Positions 1 through 11,586 are shown, numbered from the stretch's first letter. The stretch is DNA of 64,000 bases from Trichoplax adhaerens (GCF_000150275.1 NW_002060945.1:693872-757871), one strand, 5' to 3'. The notes: generated by a model from the sequence alone, not told the origin. Numbers and translations: made by a program.

Positions 1-2628
1 GTAGATAATGTTGTTTCCTCACTACTACTATTAACTAGTAAAGTTGTGCTGTTGTGTGCAACATGCCGGGTTTCTATTTGATCTTCCTGTTGATGATCCA
101 CTACCATTTGTATCACTTCTTTCTTTTCTCGATCTATCACTAAATATGGATCTTTAACTATCTCTGCCTTTTTTTCTGTACCAGACAAGTGTTTATTCTC
201 ACCGTGATCATTAGTTATAGAAGAATTATTATTATTCTTAGCATCGACACCATTGCCATCATGAGCAGCAGGAAGGTTTTTAATCAACTCTCTTTTGACT
301 GAATCTATTGATGTTGCTAACTTTTGATTAAGCACTTTTATAAAATCGCAAATCCAAGGGTTGGTACTGCTATCATCATGGATAAGATTAACTACTTCGT
401 TATTAGTATTTATAATTTTTGTTGATTGTAGATTCTCGATTATTCCATTTTGAGTTAGAATCCTTATTACAGATGATTTACCGGCATTAGAAAGACCAAT
501 AAACATAAGACGTACGAAATCATTGCGGCGTTTACTATCTATGACTATCTTGAACAAATTAGATAGGAAATTGTCCTCTGTCACACCTAAAACGGGACAA
601 CAAACAAGAGAAAATCTTTTACATTTCACTTAGAAATACATTCTTTTATTTTACTTATTTCTCACTGATACTTTCTGATTTCATTCATACGCGTATAGAA
701 ATTATCATTAAATTAGCTTTACATGTTTATTTATTGCAATGAAATTCAGAAGCTATTTACTACATGAATCATTATTTCATTACGTATTCTATTCAGCTGC
801 CAGTCCAGCTAAGAGCACAAAAATACAAATCTTTAGTCTGTAAATACTGTAAATATACTGTATATTACGTCACTAACTTTATTATACTAACCTTCTTTTT
901 TTCCATTTGCATGATTTTCGGTATCAACATTAACGCTTTGCTCTTGCATTTCTAAATATGTTAAACGACTAAATTAACTACTTTCAGCATCTAAATGATA
1001 CTTGAGGATCAGACAAGGTATTTGATACTCTTATTCATAATATTTCTAATATTGTAACTTGCCTTTTAGTTTGGCTATAATATTCTCTTCAATAAGAGCT
1101 TCCAATTGAGACGGGGTTGCTTTCATTTCTTCTTGATAATCAACAGACTTACTCTCATCTTAAACGAAGAATTTATAAAAATTTCGGAAATTTAACATTT
1201 AAATGATTACTCTTTGTCTAAATACGTACACACATAAAAATATTATTCAATCTATAATCATATCTATCGCACCACTTAAATCGTTATCTTCTCCCTCTGA
1301 TGATTCTATTATGGTCTTAAGAGTTGTTCTCAAGCTATCTTGAAAACAGTCGATACTGCCACCAATATCTTTATAGCAAAAAGATATCAACTCCGTGAAT
1401 TCTTAATTATATACAATCATTAAGCTAACAGTAAATGGCTCAGTAAGTTGTATACCGCGCCAATTCTGTATCGTGCCTTCATTTAAATCTTCAGTGAAGT
1501 CTAGAATTGTTCTTGCTCCAAACTGACATTGCCTGACGTTTTCATCGTCATCTATGATATCAAATAACCAAATAAAATAATATCACAGAGGAATTATAGC
1601 AAATAAAAATCGAATTTCTAATTCTTATCAGCTGACTATATCTTTGATTAGGGGTTACAGAGTAGCAAAAATAAACATATATACTTAAAATAACTGTAAA
1701 ATATTGATGTGAATGTTAAACTATAAGAATAGATGGCTGTAGTAAACTTATTCAAAGCTTACAATCTGATTTATATAACATTCCACCTGTTATGCTTAGA
1801 ACTTTTTCCTGGGCATCTTCAGGATCTTTGTTATTATTTAGTTTAAAATTATGTATATATATATATATAACTAATTATGATACGCTTATTTTTGAAGATA
1901 TTATTTAACTTCATAGTATAAATACTTTAGAATCTAGCTATTTTGTCTATTAATTTATAAATAAAATCGTGAAGGCCGTTAATGAATAAGAACTTTAATT
2001 CTCACCACTCAATTCTTCTATCATTTTTTCAATCGATTCTTCTGTGACTTTCAGCAATACTCTAGAGTCAGACCGACTACGAGTACTATTATTGTTTTTA
2101 TCTGTTAATTAAAGATCAAGGCAAAGCTTGTTAACGTCAAGTTCTGAAACTATGATAGAATATAAATTGTCACTATTCCCAAGAATAATGGTGAAATACT
2201 TACCGTTAGTTTCTTGTACTTCTTTCTCCTCAATTGAATCCGATAAAGCGTCCATCATTACTTTATCGCGTTTTGAGCTATTACCATTTTTCTGATATAA
2301 ATCTATAACCAGAACAAATTTTAATTTTGATGATAACTGAATAATTTAAATTTGGACGGAATTATTGACAGCAATCCATTTTGACAATTTTACCTATAAA
2401 TTCATCTATAGAAATTTCCTTAATTGGTGTTTTCGGAGTACTTGGAATAGCCCAAGAATACTCTAAATCGCTGCTGTCAATGTTACCATCTAGTAGAGTA
2501 CACACGGTATATCAATTAAAAGAGTGATTTTTGATAGTTTATTTATTGCTGTGGCATAATTTTGTTACCGGCTTGATCTTCATTTAATATTCGGTTAAAT
2601 TTCTCAAGGGGAATATCATTATTGTCAT
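1..2628 (-). CDS. Multi-exon ROCO-like (Roc P-loop GTPase) gene, 3' part runs off window; probably continues the TPR exon at 2768-4440
   Basis: Hand-spliced phase-1 exons 2569-2628, 2394-2489, 2204-2302, 2006-2101, 1763-1825 (tentative), 1456-1551, 1273-1368, 1063-1158, then 586-1 open to the window edge. The last exon reads ...RRNDFVRLMFIGLSNAGKSSVIRILT..., a hydrophobic strand plus GxxxxGKS P-loop resembling the Roc G1 region. G3/G4 and COR are not within the window. Confidence 0.7.
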
Positions 2629-2820
2629 CTAATTTATTAAATATGTTCATATTATAGTTTGAAAAAGAAAGAAAAAATTGAATTCGCTAGAAATTTGCCT
2701 GCGTATGATTAGAAGTGATCTTATTAACTTGCATCAATAAGACTACAGGAGTTTTCAATAATTTTACCTTGTGTCTCCAGTGTTGGCTTCCAAATATAAC
2801 TTGATGAAGTAAGGTTATTT

Positions 2821-4440
2821 TTATAAGTTTATTTTAGTTTGAATACTAGAAGATATCTGATGTGCAGTTGCTGCTTCAGAAAATTTCTCTTGTCTTTCAC
2901 AAATAGTCGCAATTTTATCGTATAAATTTGCAATAAATGGATTATTTTCACCAAATAATGTCAATCCAATGGTAAGAGATTTCTGGCACCATGATAAAGC
3001 ATCATAATGTTGGCCTAGGTCAAGGTATAGACTACTAATGCTATCATAAGTATAGGCCACATCGTAATTATTACCGAATAATTGTAACTTAATTTGGACT
3101 GATTTTTTATACATAGTTAAGGCAGTATCATAATCAGATTGCTTATGATAAATACTTGCAATTGCATGATATGAATGGGCAACAAGTAAATTTTCATCAT
3201 CTAATACTTTTAACCGAATATTGAGGCACTTTTGATGATATGATAGAGCATCAGAATAGTTAGCAAGAGATAAATAGATTTGCCCTAGCATGTAATAGGA
3301 TTGAGCAACTAATAAATGATTGTCGGACAATAGAGCTAATCGAATATTGAACGATTTTTCATGCATTTCTTGTGCTTCCTCTATCTTATCCTGATAATAA
3401 TAAATATTACCCATCGCATAATAGGATTGAGCAATGTATAAATTACAATTTCCTACTAATTTTAATCGTATATCCAAGGCCATCTGATACAGTTTCAATG
3501 CATCATCGTATCTGCTTTGTAGATAGTTAACGTTACCAATACCATGATAAGTATCAGCTATGTCTAAATGATACTTATTAAAAATTTCTAGTTTCATATC
3601 TAATGATTTCTGATAGATTTTAACTGCATTATTGCATTTAGATGGCGAACAATGGAGAGTAGCAATAGCATTGTATATGCCGACAAGACTGACATGATTA
3701 TATCCTAAAATTGCCAATTGGATAAGTAAAGATTTTTGATACATTGTCAAAGCGTCATCGTATTGATGTTGTTTTCGGTAGATGTTTGCGATTCCATGGT
3801 ATGAATAGGCAACATATAGATTTTCATCTCCTAACAGATTTAATCTTATATTCAATGATTTTTGATACATTACCAGGGCTTGGCTATTTTCGTCTACTAA
3901 GTAGAGGACAGTAGCAATGCTATGATAGGTGTCGGAGACATGGAGGTTACGATCATCTAACAATGATAATTTGAATTCAAGCGCCTGATTAAAATCCTCT
4001 AACGCTTGTTGATAATGATTTCTGATCGTGTTTAATTTACCGTGGTTATCGTAACATTTAGCTAAGCGAAGTTTATCTTTTACTTTTTTGGCTATCTTTT
4101 CTGCTTGAATACAATATTCTTGAGCATCGTCGTAATGATATTGTTCTCTTAAAGTGTCAGATATATCAAGAAGAATATCACATTGATAGCAGTCTTGTTC
4201 AATAGTAATATCTACTGGATCAACCATCTTATCCAATATTGCTTTGTAGTTGATTAGAGCACTTTGGTACTCTCCTTGTTGAAAATAATATCGGCCCATT
4301 TGTCGTTTCGATTGAATTTCTCGAGTAAGAAATACATTCACTTTCATGCCACCTGATCTTATTGCTTTAACTTTAGGTTGATTTTCTTCATTAGATGAAT
4401 CATGAGACCGCAATAAGTTGCCACCTTCTTGGTTTTCCAT
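2821..4440 (-). CDS. Intronless TPR-repeat protein (42-aa kinesin-light-chain/NPHP3-type TPRs)
   Basis: 539-aa ORF with about 10 repeats of VAxSYHxIAxIYxxQxxYDDALxMYQKSLxIxLxxLGxxN. A splice donor at 2767 lies 1 nt out of phase just downstream. Confidence 0.9.
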   Translation of the reverse strand: MENQEGGNLLRSHDSSNEENQPKVKAIRSGGMKVNVFLTREIQSKRQMGRYYFQQGEYQSALINYKAILDKMVDPVDITIEQDCYQCDILLDISDTLREQYHYDDAQEYCIQAEKIAKKVKDKLRLAKCYDNHGKLNTIRNHYQQALEDFNQALEFKLSLLDDRNLHVSDTYHSIATVLYLVDENSQALVMYQKSLNIRLNLLGDENLYVAYSYHGIANIYRKQHQYDDALTMYQKSLLIQLAILGYNHVSLVGIYNAIATLHCSPSKCNNAVKIYQKSLDMKLEIFNKYHLDIADTYHGIGNVNYLQSRYDDALKLYQMALDIRLKLVGNCNLYIAQSYYAMGNIYYYQDKIEEAQEMHEKSFNIRLALLSDNHLLVAQSYYMLGQIYLSLANYSDALSYHQKCLNIRLKVLDDENLLVAHSYHAIASIYHKQSDYDTALTMYKKSVQIKLQLFGNNYDVAYTYDSISSLYLDLGQHYDALSWCQKSLTIGLTLFGENNPFIANLYDKIATICERQEKFSEAATAHQISSSIQTKINL

Positions 4441-6389
4441 ACTAATATGATCTATTTTAAATAGTTACTGACTCAATATAAACTTAATCCATCTCTTCTA
4501 ATATAGCGATATTCTACAAATAGTCACGAAATTAGATCGTACACTTTATGTAGAATCTATTTTAACTCATGCACAACACATTACAGAATCGTCAAGAAGT
4601 ACTACGGCGATTTAATTTTATGTTATATTCTTTAATCAGCTTTGAAACAAGTCACGTGTTATTTATTTACTTGATTTAGTAATATTAAAAAATGGTCCAT
4701 TTTATTATTACAACAATGATCATAGCGAGTTGATCATTGCCTTTACACATAATACTAGAGAAATTTATAAATTTCAATTTAGATCCTTAATTTTAATACA
4801 GTTTTATCAGAAACGATCGATTTAAAATATTGCTAAAATAGGTTATTAACAACATTGAAAAATAGTATATTGTTTCGTATTAAATAGATCATTTCGCTAA
4901 TATATTGATTAACAGGGATGTTTACCTTCTGTCGTTAAGAGCGATGGAATAGCCGTTTATGATATTTAGTAATAGACAATGCTGCGCTCTTTTACTACAG
5001 CTGTTTGGTCATAAATAATACAGTATTAGGCGATATTATCTATTGACGTGTCTTTCAGAAATATAAATGAATACTTCTGTTTGGTATGGAATAGGAGCAA
5101 AATTAACCGCTATAATCAGATCTCATAATGGAATCTTAAATGATCGTCATCTACATAATAAACGGTACGATAATCTCGTATTTCGATAACAGTGGTCCCA
5201 ATACCCTTTAAAAATACGTAGTTGAATAATTTCAATTTGCATGTATACCCATATTACTAATAGCTATCTAGTGAAAAGATAACTTTAAGTAGTGCTAGTA
5301 ATCATAAATTACCAATCATTTCGATCAGGCCATTTTTACTGTTAAAGAATTGCATTGATGTTACAGACTTAACAAAAGGCCACTAGCCCAGTTTTATTCT
5401 CTTAATCAATGACAATTTGAATACTGTATGTTAATCACTGGGCAACTGTTTTGAAATAATATAGGAAATGTGTAGCTTAAACACTATAGTTATTGACTGC
5501 AATCGACTTCCTAATCAAGTGTTAACAAAGACCCCAAACAGAGTAAATTGTATATCTTATGGTATCATATTTGTATTGTCTATTCAGTAGAATTTATGAC
5601 ATTATTACTAATTAATTGATTGGTAAGATGAATTTTATGCTAGTTTCAATTTGCAGAATTAGGTGAAAATGTTAATACGATATACACGGATAATTATGAG
5701 AAGGTAATTGTACTCGTATATGAGTACAGGCAGTAACCAAGCCATAGTGGAACTCTACTACTTACAAACTTGCTCTTCGATGCAATCTATTTCAAAGTCA
5801 ATTGATTCTGTACATCTATGCATGTATTCTTACTGATATGCTAACTAAGTATATTTACTTACGTGTATTTAAAAGCCAGTTGAACTCTACAGCTTTATAA
5901 TATTGCTGTTTGATTTTACCTATTTTAAGATTAATTGGCTTTCACTCTATTTATTGTGCGCCACAATTCAATTCTTATAATCATATTCAGTATTTTCCAT
6001 TTCTAACTTAAATACCGTGACTGATAATTTAATAATATTTGGATGTTCAACCTTCGTAACGTAGCCAACTAAACATACTATTATTAATTAATGTAACAGT
6101 GCTTGCATGCGATTTTTTTAAAAGAAGCTTTGCTGGCTGTTAGTTCACTGTTGCTGACTATATGCACCGAACAGCATAGTATAAGAAGATGCAAGAATTA
6201 CTACTATTTATCGTCTAACATCAATATTTCCCAGGCGATTAATAAACATGTTGATAATACAGAGAAAATCGATGCCTGCAAATGTTGACGAGAAGATTGG
6301 CAAATCCGTATGTTTTACCATTTAAGGATACAATCAATGTTAAATAATAAAAAAAATCAATATATACTGTCGCGGGATATAACCGAGAA

Positions 6390-6692
6390 TCATATGAGTA
6401 ATTTTTCAATCTGTTTAGTCACCTTTTCATAAACTCTCGTAAAATCCTTGAATTCATAAAAGGATAGAGATTCAATTTCGAGAAGAGTAAGTTCTGAGTA
6501 AAATTTTTTGTTTTAGTAATGCCAGCACTGACTACCTACCGTAAATGGAATAGGTTTTACAGCGGTAACTATATCAGAACCTGCTTTCCAAGAGGGTCGC
6601 CAATTTCCATTCCCTTTCTAGATAGTGAAGATTTCTGGCTGATTTTCAGGTAATTTCATCTGAAGAAAGAGGTGTGGTGCTGAGCTGTTCAT
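6390..6692 (-). pseudogene. Decayed coding fragment, possibly TIR-like C-terminus
   Basis: 101-codon frame from ATG to TGA with two internal stops: ...DIVTAVKPIPFTVGSQCWHY*NKKFYSELTLLEIESLSFYEFKDFTRVYEKVTKQIEKLLI*. The family resemblance is weak. Confidence 0.25.
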
Positions 6693-7015
6693 AAGTTAGG
6701 ACTGAGATATACATACTGTGCATTGTTATAGTGCTTTAAAACGTTTCTTAACATACGCTTTTTTTGATTATGTTACAAAGTCAATATTCGCCGGAGTCCA
6801 CGATAAATCCCAACCAAATAGATTAATTAATAAAACTCTATTAAACTCCTTGAGATCTTAAAGTATACGAGCCTGCATTGCACAACAAGACATAGGCAAG
6901 AACTGATCTGGTTGACATTTCGTGTGTGCTAGAGTACTCACAAGTACCATGCGCGTAGGCATATCCAAATTTTTCTTTGATTTCTATGGGCTGTATTAGT
7001 TTACTAAGGGTCAAT

Positions 7016-7370
7016 TAAAATGGAAGCCATCTCATGTTGTCATTATCAGTGCTGTATTCGCTCCCGCCATTCCTTATCATCTATTCATCGGCTTCCATGA
7101 ACTTTCAGAATCCGGAAGTACTGCAAAGATGTTGCACCAACGTCATTAAAAGTGGGTATACTGTACTATTTTACTAAAGTACAGTATGTAAAATGGAAGG
7201 AAGCAATTCTCATCCTGTAACTTTTTGAGTTTCGACGCAGTATTTGTTCCTGTGATTCCTCATCATGGAAGTACTATACCCCGCTGTCGCTATCCATCGG
7301 TTTCCAAGAACTTTCACCCATACTTATCAAGACGTTGGTGCCACGTCTTAATAAGCATGGGTATATGTTC
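7016..7370. repeat. Degenerate two-copy tandem duplication (~175-210 bp)
   Basis: ctattcatcggcttccatgaactttca / ctatccatcggtttccaagaactttca; aagatgttgcaccaacgtc...gggtata / aagacgttggtgccacgtc...gggtata. Confidence 0.6.
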
Positions 7371-7399
7371 CAGTAAAATAAAATAAATCATTCATTCAT

Positions 7400-8370
7400 C
7401 AGACTCAATGGGCATCTATGCCGTACGAGTAAGATACTCATATCGTAAAATTACACATCTGTATACAACTACGACCACAAACTTTGTTTGGGGCCTATAC
7501 TTGTGTCCTACAATAAAGATGGAAGTGCATGCATAGTACACCACAAAGTATCACGACTCTAATCACGAGCGAAGGTTGGAACTAGCTGTACTCGTATCAA
7601 TGAGCCATCGCTAGTTTTCCAAGTGCAGTATCAGGAATATCAGATACATTCTTGCTCGGTTATGGAGTTACCTCCGATGGTGTAGATTCTATATAATAAG
7701 TGCAACAGATATTGGCACTTCTCTTTCCATGTCGACTTTTGCGAACATTGCAGTTTCAGCAAGCGTCCCCCCCAAAATCAATCCACGCTGATTGTATGAA
7801 ATGCTTGGCGAATTTGCTAATTGTTAGTACAGTACTGTACTTGTTCTGACCTCGAATATAGTCCATAGTCAATACCATAGATAGCCAGGTGGACCGAGTA
7901 GGTGCTAAACTGGTGATTATAGTCCCATCGGGAAACGCGCAGTTGATTGGCCCACAGTATGAATGAAGTAGGATCACATGTTTACAGTATCCTTTTGTCA
8001 TCTCTCGCAAGACCACGTTAATTAGTACAGTACAGTATCAGTATGTAGTATTGTATACTGTAGGTTATGTTATACAGGAGTAACAGTAGTGTACAACGTG
8101 TACATTGTGCAAGTGACGTGTCCTATTGTATCACTAGTTGTACTGTCAAACGGTGGGGTCGGCGGTTGACCCCTTTCAGGATTCACATTTCATTCGGCAA
8201 TCCATCTTGTTCAACTAGAAATAGAGTAGAGCAGTTATCCAGTAGACCGGACAGACCATGTGGACACCAAGTGAAAGAATTTCATCGTAAAAGACCGACA
8301 TCCTCCGCTAAAAATTAACTGCAAACCAGATACAAACGGTGACACTGGGAGAGAACGGTATGCTAAAGAG
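7400..8370 (-). pseudogene. Highly decayed LDL-receptor-related (YWTD beta-propeller/EGF) gene remnant
   Basis: GC-richer island. Frameshifted/stop-interrupted minus-strand peptides in order: PHGLS..VYWIT, RPHRLTV, DDKRIL*TCDPTSFILWANQLRVSR..AIYGIDYG, AWIDFGG..FAKVDME..II*NLHH, RDTLWCT..QV*APNKVCG. These echo LRP motifs (PFGLTV..VYWTD, DxRTC..FLLFAN, YWTDWG..MDG, ANKFTG). Confidence 0.45.
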
Positions 8371-11014
8371 AGGAAATAGGATATACTGTACCATCTAGTA
8401 TTAGATTTGATTACCATTACGATTATATCGATCATTATCATTCAAGTATAAAGCTCTGTATCCAAAGAGATTTGCAAACATCTGATGCAACCATTTGAAT
8501 TTCACGTTCATACCATTGACTTTTAGTCTCTAAATGCGATCGATTTCTCTTGGACAGCGTTGAGTGAACACTTCAACAAGTAGAATTGGATCAGATTTAG
8601 TCTTTGCAATGGCGTTATGTACCGTACAGCATATACGTTAAATATTGACTTAATATTAGCTGGAGGTCAACATGCAGCGTACAAGCTTCTGCGCTTACGC
8701 TTATACCGTACTTCTCGGTATCAAATGGTAGATTATACGCTCATTGAGTATCTGCTGGTAAAAGTAGCGCATTCAAGAATGAATCGTAGAAACCTAAAAA
8801 TAATAACACCCACACTGTCAGCTTACCTCTTACTGTACACGGTACAGTACAGTATATATGCATACGGATGTTTATAGGTAAAAACAGGGTATAATATCCA
8901 TATACTGTATAGTAACATCTAGTCATCTAGATATTCAGTTGATACAAGTTACACAGTTATCATTTCATTCGATAATAGCGTAATAGCGAAGAAGCCGAAA
9001 ATTACGCCTGACAAAAAAAATACTGCTCACAAATTCTTAGTCCTTGATTACACGACGTGGCCATTTTACCCCTTAACCGTTACCCATATAATTTTAATAT
9101 TAACCGCGAGGTATTGTACTAACTTGCTTGCCGTAAGCGTATAATAAGATCATGAAATCATAATGTAAAAGTGTTAATGAGATTATTCGATGTTACAACA
9201 CAGATATGTATATCTATATAGATCTGAATAGATGCCAATCTAAATTGAGTTCATGTTAAATCCTACGCTATATGATGATCTATGTAATCTGCTCTAAACC
9301 AGGGATCAATTTTTAGGGGACTACAGCAACCGGCGATACCTTATTCTCTCGGGGTTATCTATCAATTCTTTTTATTAATTGAACATGGTTTATTATTATG
9401 GCCGCAGAAAAAAGAAGAACTTGGCCAGTCGTCTTATAAGTGGCACAGCTTCATATCTACGAATTCTAAAACCAGGTTTAAAGTCCTTAAATCGTAAGTA
9501 CACAACCTGATACGGCATGATATGGATAGTAGTGATCAAGGTGCATAATGTACAGTGGCAATTTTAACAACATAACGATGACAAAGATTGTAACGAAATC
9601 TTTGACATTATAACTATCTAAGTCTATCTTACACTGGGATATATATTATCTACATGGCATACAATTAATTGCCATTTGAAGAACAGTACCATACTGGCTC
9701 TATATTGCAGTGTACGCATATATATAGCCTGTTGGAAGAATATAATAAATTAACTGTGTTGAAAAAGTTTCAAAAGACACTTCCCTTCTAATGGGCTCAC
9801 TGCTGACTCCTCACTTGCTTAACAAGCACTATGTATAATTGAAAAAAGTTCTCAACAAATAAATAAATAGATAGAATAAAGAATAAACTACTACGAGCAA
9901 CACTTTCACATTTCTAACTAAAATGGTTAAAATTGTGATTAATTTCTTTTTAAAAATAAAATAATTAGGGAATAGTAACTAATCCACTTATGGATTAATT
10001 TACAAATATCTATGTATTAGAATATATAATTATAATACGTTACTAAAAATTATTGATGACTTAATTATGGTTATTGCATTGGTGTAATCTTAAGTTGTAC
10101 TGTACAGTATAGGGAACAAATCAGTTTCAGTGAGCGTACGTATGTATACCTTATTTCGTAGACATGCTGTATATATGTACAGTATTAAAAATATGTATAT
10201 ATATATATATACGCATTGAAGATTCAGTGACTCCATATCACTACAATACTATTCAACGTTGAGGATCAATGCAAAACCTCGTATGTCATAATGACTTTAT
10301 AGATTTGGATACCTTTTATATGTACAGTATAAGTGGAGTTTATATGGTTATTCATAATCTGTACGTTATATCGTCCATTTTTAACGATTTTTATTAATTC
10401 TATTTGGTAATACAATTTACATCTATTCAAATAATATCAACTGATATCTACAAATCACATAGTACTGCTTATGTAGCTCGTTTTATTGATGTAATTCTGG
10501 GCTCTTCCTTCAAGTCAATGATGCTGTAACTCTTCTGCCTGAAAGGATACCTATCTTTCAAATATACAGCAGTCGATATGACTTGCAACTTTTAGTCATA
10601 GATGATTTTCTAAATGAGTAAAAATTGTCAAAAAGGATCAGAAAACATGAATCAACTCCTGTGAAGTACATTATACAGCCCAACACCTTAAATAACATAC
10701 AATATGATTTAGAATAAAATTGGGTGCATGATTTGATTGGTTTCACGCGCGTAGTCTCTGCGTTGAAAGATGATTAATTAATGCATTTTGATGACGTGTT
10801 AAAAATATGAAAATACAGCGCTACACTTGATTTTTTATTGACTATTAATTTATAATTAATTCATTTTTGTTTTCTTTCAATGATTAAAGTAAATGAATAA
10901 TTAATTACAGTGTCAATTAGTGGCAAAGAAGCGAAGAACCATGACGTGACGTGACGTACAGTATCGGAGTAATCGGGGTTATTATGAAGGGGCGTAACGT
11001 ACAGTACAGTACAG

Positions 11015-11586
11015 AGTACTGTACATCGAATTCGATCCCTTCCATTTCTCTATAATAAAAGCTGTTAAAATTGAAATTTACACAGTACTGTACTGTACAT
11101 CGAATTCGATCCCTTCCATTTTCTCTATATTAAAAGCTGTTAAAATTGAAGTTTACACAGTACATCGGATTGGATCCCTTCCATTTTCTCTATATTAAAA
11201 GCTATTAAAATTGAAATTTACACAGTACTGTACGTCGAATTGGATCCCTTCCGTTTTCTCTATAGTAAAAGCTGTTAAAATTGAAATTTACACAGTACTG
11301 TACTGTACACGAATTGGATCCCTTCCATTTTCTCTATAGTAAAAGCTGTTAAAATTGAAATTTACACAGTACTGTACTGTACTGTACATCGAATTCGATC
11401 CCTTCCATTTTCTCTATATTAAAAGCTGTTAAAATTGAAATTTACACAGTACATCGAATTCGATCACTTCCATTTTCTCTATAGTAAAAGCTGTTAAAAT
11501 TGAAATTTACACAGTACTATACATCGAATTCGATCCCTTCCATTTTCTCTGTAGTAAAAGCTGTTAAAATTGAAATTTCTCACAAT
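11015..11586 (+). repeat. Tandem minisatellite, 8 units of about 65+5n bp
   Basis: Core catcgaattcgatcccttccattttctctata(g/t)taaaagctgttaaaattgaaatttacac. Units differ mainly in the number of (g)tact pentamers; measured internal units are 75, 65, 70, 74, 80 and 65 bp. Confidence 0.97.

Noticed and set aside
11015-11586. CRISPR-like regular repeat array
   Set aside because: The variable parts are just (gtact)n, not unique spacers; there are no cas genes and the context is eukaryotic.
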